Below are positions 58,901 through 64,000 of a DNA stretch of 64,000 bases, piece by piece. The translations under genes were made by a program, and so were the position numbers. Source of the stretch: Thermoanaerobaculia bacterium (GTDB lineage: Bacteria > Acidobacteriota > Thermoanaerobaculia > Multivoradales > Multivoraceae); contig OY762911.1 in NCBI GenBank assembly GCA_963666565.1, positions 3,488,001 through 3,552,000 on the forward strand, read 5' to 3'. Position 1 is the first letter of the stretch. Each line of letters opens with the position of its first letter. Under the pieces are notes generated by a model. It worked only from the letters and a program-made list of their open reading frames with translations. It was not told the DNA's origin and did not search any database.

Positions 58901-59612
58901 CGTGCGGCGGCGGCATCCGGTCCAGGGCGTCGGCGGCCGCGACGCGCTGGAAGAGCTGGCTCTCGTCCAGGCTGCCGGGGACGAGCGCGCGCCGGCCCGA
59001 AGGCAGAACGCCGAGCGCCGACTCCTCCCGGTCGAGCCGGAGGCCCGCCTGCCGCACCGCCTCGTCCGGCCCGTGGCAGGCGAAGCAGTTGTCCGAGAGG
59101 ATCGGCCGCACGTCGCGATTGAAGGACAGCGGCTCGCCGGGTCCGTCGATGCCGTGCGCGACCGGCGGCACCTCGCGCGCCGCGACCCGCGCCGGCGCCG
59201 CTTCGTCGCGAGCGTGACTCGCCGCCGGCCACTCCGCCCCGGCCGCGACCCACGCCTCGAGGAGTTCGCGCTCCGCCTCGTCCAGCGCCCGCGGCGGCGG
59301 CATCTCCAGCTCGTCCTCGCGCCGGATCGCCGCCACGAGCAGGCTCGCCTCCGCGTCGCCCGGCACGATCGCCGCGCCTCGCCCGCCCCCGATCAGCATG
59401 GCGGGCCGGGAATCGAGCCGCAGATTCCCCCGCTGCCTGAGCGGCCCATGACAGGCGAAGCAGCGGCTCTCCAGTACCGGCAGGACTTCCGCCTCGAAGT
59501 CGGGCACGGCAGCCGCGGGCGGCGCGGCAGCGACTGGCGTCGCCGCGAGAGCAGCGCCAAGAAGAAGCGAACCCGCAAGCCCGTTCGATCGTGGCCTCAT
59601 CATCCTGTCCAT
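55905..59612 (-). CDS. PSD1/DUF1553-DUF1549 protein with planctomycete cytochrome c domains
   Basis: Two CFACH and one [30 protein letters not shown]. Confidence 0.9.
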   Translation of the reverse strand: MDRMMRPRSNGLAGSLLLGAALAATPVAAAPPAAAVPDFEAEVLPVLESRCFACHGPLRQRGNLRLDSRPAMLIGGGRGAAIVPGDAEASLLVAAIRREDELEMPPPRALDEAERELLEAWVAAGAEWPAASHARDEAAPARVAAREVPPVAHGIDGPGEPLSFNRDVRPILSDNCFACHGPDEAVRQAGLRLDREESALGVLPSGRRALVPGSLDESQLFQRVAAADALDRMPPPHAGSTLTGREIGILGRFILQGAEFEDHWAYRPPRRPDPPAAANRGWARGDLDLFVLARLEREGLAPAPEADRRTLARRLSLDLTGLPPSPAEVEAFVADDRPDAWERLVDRLLASERYGEHMARSWLDAARYADTNGYHIDNERFMWRWRDWVIDAFNRNQPFDEFTVDQLAGDLLPDPTPRQLLATGFNRNHMINFEGGAIPEEYRVQYVFDRTDTTATVWMGLTAGCAKCHDHKFDPISQREYYRLAAFFNTVDEVGLDGSEGNAEPRVLAPDGGQRAELDELTAELGPLDAMLDGADPDAEAAQAAWQREWDGRLAERWRPLEVVSLESLGGAGMVVLHDGSIEVSGENPPTDVYAIEARTGLERIGALRLETFRGTAEPGAGIGRGSDGSFVLTEIEVSALVAAGPSGGANVRRGATGAVAGADGGESAFLPLDLSGAYADYATPSMAVELAIDGDPETGWGAGYAARPTARTAVFLVGSPRGRDAFGVDGSEADTDSRGAAANGEPAPSVVPEAGALRSGGLRLRIVLRQESSYRQKTLRRFRLTVSDAPETAFPAVEPDALPAPWPALAAASRKFEYLVGLPEDQRTEEQATAVRHRFRRHHWPPWRPHEERYAELSERLRRMETAVPTTMIMREMDDPRPTFVLRRGEYDQQTDEVEAGVPAVLPPIPEDLPKNRLGLARWLVSGDHPLTARVTANRLWQRFFGRGLVATSGDFGAQGEWPSHPELLDWLASELVRRDWDLKALQKTIVLSATYRQSSRASPELIERDPENRLLARASRFRLDAEVIRDGALAASGLLVEKLGGPSVKPYQPPGLWREIGYESRGRFSAGIFEQDHGEALYRRSLYTFWKRTVPPPNMLVFDAPNRETCVVERSRSNTPLQALVLMNDPQFVEAARVLAEDVLARRGGGDAETVEALHRRIVSRPPTDIERDALLDLVADLRRSYSENPAAAADLLKVGERPADETMPRVEVAAWTVAASALFNLDEAVTRQ

Positions 59613-59798
59613 AGCCCGTCGGTTACTGGATCGGTTCGACCGATCCTATCCGTACACCGGAAGGCCCGGCAGCAGGACGACACACTACCCGGGAAGTCAA
59701 CCAACTCACTGCAACTCCGGTCAAGAGCTTCGCCCCTCCGCCTCCAAGAACACCTCGACCGCCTGGCCGTCGAGTGCCGCGAAGTCTGGCGAAGGCCA

Positions 59799-59975
59799 GC
59801 CCGAGGCGGACTGGAGGGGAGGGGTCCAGGGGGCTGGAGGCCAGCGACTGCCCATGCGCTTCCAGTAACCGGCGACCTGGCGGAGCGCAGCCGACCGCAG
59901 CGAGCGCCCAACCTCTCCATCCACCAGGAGGGCGCAAGCGACCCCTGGACCCCTCCCCTCCGGGCCGCCTCGGGC
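59799..59975. repeat. Long-stem palindromic element (MITE-like or structured RNA), copy 2
   Basis: 34-bp terminal inverted repeat with 2 mismatches (59799-59832 / 59942-59975); interior homologous to 10919-11095. Confidence 0.75.
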
Positions 59976-60034
59976 GGGTGCAGGCACCGGCGCGCCGATA
60001 CACTGCCGCCTTCTCGCCGCGGGAGAAACGCCTC

Positions 60035-61105
60035 ATGGACTTCGGCATCTGCGTCGCCAGCAAGATCGACGACATCGGCTACATCGAGCGGGCCGAGGCG
60101 CTCGGCTACAGCCACGCCTGGGTGGCGGACAGCCAGATGATCTGGTCCGACTGCTACGCGGTGCTGGCGCTGGCGGCTGAACGCACGAGCCGGATCAAGC
60201 TCGGAACCGGCGTCGCGATCACCGGCACGCGGATCGCGCCGGTCACGGCGCACAGCATCGCGACGATCAACCGGCTGGCGCCGGGGCGCACCTTCCTCGG
60301 CATCGGCGCCGGCAACACGGCGCTGCGGCTGATGGGGCACCGTCCCGTCGGCGTCGGGGAGTTCGGCGAGTACCTGCGGGTCGTGCGGGCGCTGCTCGAC
60401 GGCGAGGAGGTCGACTTCGCGTTCCGCGGCCGCACCGAGCCGCTCCGATTCCTGATGGAGGACCTCGGCTACATCGCCACCGAACCGCGGATTCCGATGT
60501 ACGTCTCCGGCTTCGGCCCCAAGAGCCAGGGACTGGCCGGCGAAGTCGGCGACGGACTGGTCATGTCCATTCCGCCGAACGCCTCGCTGTTCGACCGCGC
60601 CATCGAGAACTGCCGCCGCGGCGCCGAGGCTGCCGGTCGGGACTTTGACCGCGAGAGCTTCTACACCTGCTCGCTGACCACGGCCGTGATCCTCGAACCG
60701 GGCGAGGATCTCACGTCGCCGCGGGTAATCGAGGAGTGCGGCCCCTTCGTGCTGTCCGGCCTGCACTACCTGTACGACCAGCAGCACCAGTTCGACCGCG
60801 AACCGCCGCCTCACGTGCAGCCGATCTGGGACGAGTACCGCGCCCTCGTCGAGCGGACGCCGGAGCGCGGACGCCACCTGCGGGTCCATGCCGGCCACTG
60901 CACCTACTCGCTTCCCGAGGAAGAACGGTTCGTGACGCCCGACCTGATTCGCGCCTCCTGCCTCGCCGGCACCGCCGAGGAAGTCCGCGAGCAGGTCCGC
61001 GCGCTCGCCGGCGCCGGTCTCGACCAGCTCATGCTGCTGCCGTCGCTCGCCACGCAGGAACGGGTCATCCAGCAGTTCCACGACGAGGTGATGCTCCGCC
61101 TGTAG
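60035..61105 (+). CDS. LLM class flavin-dependent oxidoreductase
   Basis: AEALGYSHAWVADS, TSRIKLGTGV, GRTFLGIGAG, AGEVGDG. Confidence 0.9.
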   Translation: MDFGICVASKIDDIGYIERAEALGYSHAWVADSQMIWSDCYAVLALAAERTSRIKLGTGVAITGTRIAPVTAHSIATINRLAPGRTFLGIGAGNTALRLMGHRPVGVGEFGEYLRVVRALLDGEEVDFAFRGRTEPLRFLMEDLGYIATEPRIPMYVSGFGPKSQGLAGEVGDGLVMSIPPNASLFDRAIENCRRGAEAAGRDFDRESFYTCSLTTAVILEPGEDLTSPRVIEECGPFVLSGLHYLYDQQHQFDREPPPHVQPIWDEYRALVERTPERGRHLRVHAGHCTYSLPEEERFVTPDLIRASCLAGTAEEVREQVRALAGAGLDQLMLLPSLATQERVIQQFHDEVMLRL

Positions 61106-61128
61106 CGGACGGTCGCTACGATCGCCTG

Positions 61129-62271
61129 ATGCTCCTGCTGGTCCTGCCCTGGGACGCCGAGGCCGACGCGTCCGCCGAGTGGCGGTATCTCCGCCGCTGG
61201 CTGGCCGGCGAGGCGCGCTCCATCTTCGACGAGGTGGAAGTCGTCTCCGGACTGCCCGTCCGCTTGCCCCGAGAAGCCGAGGCGGTTCTCGTCCTGGAGT
61301 CGTGCCGCGTGCTGATCGGCCGGGCGTCCCTGCGGCGGATGCGGCGGGAACTGACCCGCGGCGCCGCCAGCGCCCGGGGCGCCGTCTACGCCACCGACCT
61401 GACGACGACCGGTCCCGAAGCCGGCAACGACCTGTTCACGCTCGCCGACTTCCAGCAGGCCGAGGCGGCCTGGCTGGCCGGGGGCGGCGAGGATCCGGCG
61501 GCGGCGCCGGCCGATGCCGGCGGCCGGGCCCACGGGCGGGCGGCCGTGGCGGACGGCGCAAGTCCAGCCGTGCTGCTGGCGCCCGAGGCGGTGGCCCGCT
61601 GGGCGGCCGGCGAACGGCCCGGCGGGCCGCGCGCCGGCCTCTGCTACCAGTTCATCGACTACTACGGCGGCGAGCGCGCCGATGTGCTGCCGCTGCTGCC
61701 CGACGACCTCGGACCGGCCTCCTCGGTACTCGAAGTCGGCTGCGGACGGGCGGCGACCGGAGCGCTGATCGGGGAGCGCTTCGGCTGCCGCGTCGTCGGC
61801 ATCGAACTGAACCCCGAAGCCGCGGCCGCCGCCGGGGAGCGTCTCGACCGGGTGATCCGCGGCGATGCCCAGACCCTCGAACCGGGAGAGACCTTCGACG
61901 CGATCGTCGCCTTCGAGCTCTTCGAACACCTGACGGACGGCCAGGACTTTCTCGAACGCGCCGCCGGCTGGCTCCGTCCCGGCGGGCGGATGGTGCTCTC
62001 CGTGCCCAACGTCGGCCACTACTCGGTGGTCGAGGATCTGATCGCCGGGCGCTGGGACTACGTGCCGATGGGCCTCCTCTGCGCCACCCACGTCCGCTTC
62101 TTCACCCGCCGTACGCTCGAGGACTGGCTGCACGCCGCCGGCTTCGACCGCTACCGGATCGACGCCCAGACCACTCCCTTGCCGGAGCGGCTCGACGCCT
62201 TGCCGGAGTCGCTGGCGCCCGACCGCGAGAGCCTGGCAACGGCCGGCTTCTACGTCTCGATCTTCCCGTAG
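61129..62271 (+). CDS. Class I SAM-dependent methyltransferase
   Basis: VLEVGCGRA, GIELN, FDAIVAFELFEH, LSVPN, HVRFFT. Confidence 0.85.
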   Translation: MLLLVLPWDAEADASAEWRYLRRWLAGEARSIFDEVEVVSGLPVRLPREAEAVLVLESCRVLIGRASLRRMRRELTRGAASARGAVYATDLTTTGPEAGNDLFTLADFQQAEAAWLAGGGEDPAAAPADAGGRAHGRAAVADGASPAVLLAPEAVARWAAGERPGGPRAGLCYQFIDYYGGERADVLPLLPDDLGPASSVLEVGCGRAATGALIGERFGCRVVGIELNPEAAAAAGERLDRVIRGDAQTLEPGETFDAIVAFELFEHLTDGQDFLERAAGWLRPGGRMVLSVPNVGHYSVVEDLIAGRWDYVPMGLLCATHVRFFTRRTLEDWLHAAGFDRYRIDAQTTPLPERLDALPESLAPDRESLATAGFYVSIFP

Positions 62272-62343
62272 CCGAGCAAGCCGACGGCGCCGGCTGGGCC
62301 GGCCTCGACGCGACGCCGCGTTGCGCCAGGTCCGCGACCGGAT

Positions 62344-63372
62344 TCACGCAGGCCCGTGCCTCGCCAGACCGCGGCGAAACGCCCGCAGCAGCGCTTCGCC
62401 GGTGCGGCGTTCCGTATAGGTCTCGGCGATCGCCCGGCCCGCCCCGCCGAGCCGCCGCCGCAGGTCCCGGTCGCGCCACATGCGCTCCACCGCGCCGCGA
62501 AGCGCCTTCCCGTCGCCGAACGGCGCCTTGATCGAAGCCCGGTCCTCCGGGTCGAGGTCGCGATGGGACGGAATGTCCGTCAGCACGCAGGGACGGGCGC
62601 AGCCCATCGCCTCCAGCGCGATCAGGCCGAAGCCTTCCAGCGGCGAGGACGGCCCGATGCACAGATCGACGCCCCGGATCAGCGCGGGCACCTCGGCGGG
62701 AGGCACGTGCCGGCGCCGTTCGGCCTCCGGCCACAGCGCCAGTTCCTCTTCGTTCGCGTCGAGCGACAGCCGGACCAGGTCGATCCGGCCGCCGGTCCGT
62801 TCGAACAGCGGGCGCAGGGCGCGCAGGCACCACGCCACGCCCTTGACCTCGAGATCCCAGTGGCCGCCGACCAGCACCCGAAGCCGACCGTCGTCGGTGC
62901 GTTCGCGCTCCGGCGGCCGGAACAGATCGGGCTCGAACGGCTGCGGGATGAGGCGCGCCGGCACGCCGTGGCGGTCGCGCACGGTGCGTGCGAGGTACGG
63001 CGACACGACCAGCTTCAGCGCCGGCAGGTCGTACGCGGAGCGCATGGCCTCGCGGTCGGCCGTCGCCAGTGTGTCGTGGCCCGGTTCGTACCCCTGGCAC
63101 AGGTGGCAGGCCAGCCGGTCGGCGATCTCGACCGCGACGGCGACGGTCGGCGCCAACGTGCCGACCGCGACCTCGACGCGCGGCAGAAACCGCCGTTCGA
63201 GCGCCTCGACCCGGCGGTAGAAGGCGCCGGCGCCATCGAACCAGTCCGGACACGGATCCGGCGAGTGCACCGTGGCCTCGACCCCAAGTCGCCGAAGCGC
63301 GCGCGCGTGCTGGAGCACCACCTTGACGCCGCCATAGAGCGCGGCGCCCGGCAGGAGATAGGCGACTCTCAG
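62344..63372 (-). CDS. Glycosyltransferase family 4; probable CTG start
   Basis: (M)RVAYLLPG..YGGVKV N-terminus upstream of the ORF-track start; EGFGLIALEAMGC; GGAG 8 nt before CTG. Confidence 0.82.
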   Translation of the reverse strand: MRVAYLLPGAALYGGVKVVLQHARALRRLGVEATVHSPDPCPDWFDGAGAFYRRVEALERRFLPRVEVAVGTLAPTVAVAVEIADRLACHLCQGYEPGHDTLATADREAMRSAYDLPALKLVVSPYLARTVRDRHGVPARLIPQPFEPDLFRPPERERTDDGRLRVLVGGHWDLEVKGVAWCLRALRPLFERTGGRIDLVRLSLDANEEELALWPEAERRRHVPPAEVPALIRGVDLCIGPSSPLEGFGLIALEAMGCARPCVLTDIPSHRDLDPEDRASIKAPFGDGKALRGAVERMWRDRDLRRRLGGAGRAIAETYTERRTGEALLRAFRRGLARHGPA

Positions 63373-63454
63373 GCCGGGATCTCCGGCCGCCAGCCCGCGG
63401 CGGCGCGCGGCGCGTTCCGCCCGGCGACGGCGTCGCGACCGTCGCGCGCTCTCC

Positions 63455-64000
63455 TCACGCGACGATCCCGAGCGGCGGCCGGGTCCGGTAGGCGCCCCGC
63501 GTGAAGTCGGGGAACTCGACCGGCGCGCTGCCCCGCGCCACGGACAGTTCGCTCAGTTCCACCGGCGCGGACAGCGCGGCCGCGTCGTAGACGTCCATTT
63601 CGGTCGGCGTGCCTTCGATCAGGCACCGCACGAGGCGGTAGTCCTCCAGGTAGTCCATGCCGCCGTGGCCGGCGCCCTCGGCGTCGCCCGCCCGCTCCGC
63701 CCAGAGCGGGTGCTCGAACCGCTCGCGGTAGGGCTCCACATCGCTCCAGTCTCCATGCTCCTCCGACTCGCCCTCGACGAAGATGCGGTCCGGGAACCCG
63801 GCGAACACCCCCTGGGTGCCCTGGACCAGGTTGAGCCGGCTGTAGGGCCGGGGCGTCGTCGTGTCGTACTGGAGCAGGATGCTGCGGCCACGCCGGGTGC
63901 GGATCAGGCTGGAGTTCATGTCGCCCAGGGCGTAGCGGACCTGGGCGCGCGGGTCGTCGGCGCCGAAGCGCTCCGCCGCGTACTTCGCCAGGCCGCGGGC
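63455..64000 (-). CDS. Gfo/Idh/MocA-family NAD-dependent glycoside hydrolase (GH109-like), partial
   Basis: GDMNSSLI, PRPYSR, HPLW, GHGGMD, MDVYDAA, FPDFTRG. Confidence 0.82.
   Translation of the reverse strand, partial: ARGLAKYAAERFGADDPRAQVRYALGDMNSSLIRTRRGRSILLQYDTTTPRPYSRLNLVQGTQGVFAGFPDRIFVEGESEEHGDWSDVEPYRERFEHPLWAERAGDAEGAGHGGMDYLEDYRLVRCLIEGTPTEMDVYDAAALSAPVELSELSVARGSAPVEFPDFTRGAYRTRPPLGIVA

Overview
High-GC bacterial chromosomal window, most consistent with an Acidobacterium. A host- or sponge-associated lifestyle is suggested (inference only) by the spondin/FN3 surface protein, Uma2/Rpn PD-(D/E)XK genes, PVC-type cytochrome/DUF1501 genes and a sulfatase. About 49 CDS are present: a CoA-transferase/acyl-CoA dehydrogenase catabolic cluster, trkA, a PQQ dehydrogenase, a mycobacterial Sdh1-like sdh operon, a MATE transporter, an rpoD-like sigma factor, an SPFH-RHH pair, amtB, a DUF1553-DUF1501 pair and glyco genes. 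The main accessory locus (38174-52792) is a restriction-like defence module (HTH-SNF2-DUF3883 helicase/nuclease, DUF1156 adenine methylase, DUF499 ATPase). It carries unusual cargo: a retropepsin protease and an Rnl5-type RNA ligase coupled to the helicase, a broken Rpn gene whose internal small ORF is intact, and a secreted amidohydrolase. Non-coding signals include short mini-ORFs that bridge operon gaps stop-to-start, a modular REP family with covarying hairpins, two copies of a ~177-nt element with a conserved core and variable stem, and several leaderless promoters. No rRNA, tRNA, CRISPR array or integrase was seen. All family calls come from reading motifs, not from database searches.
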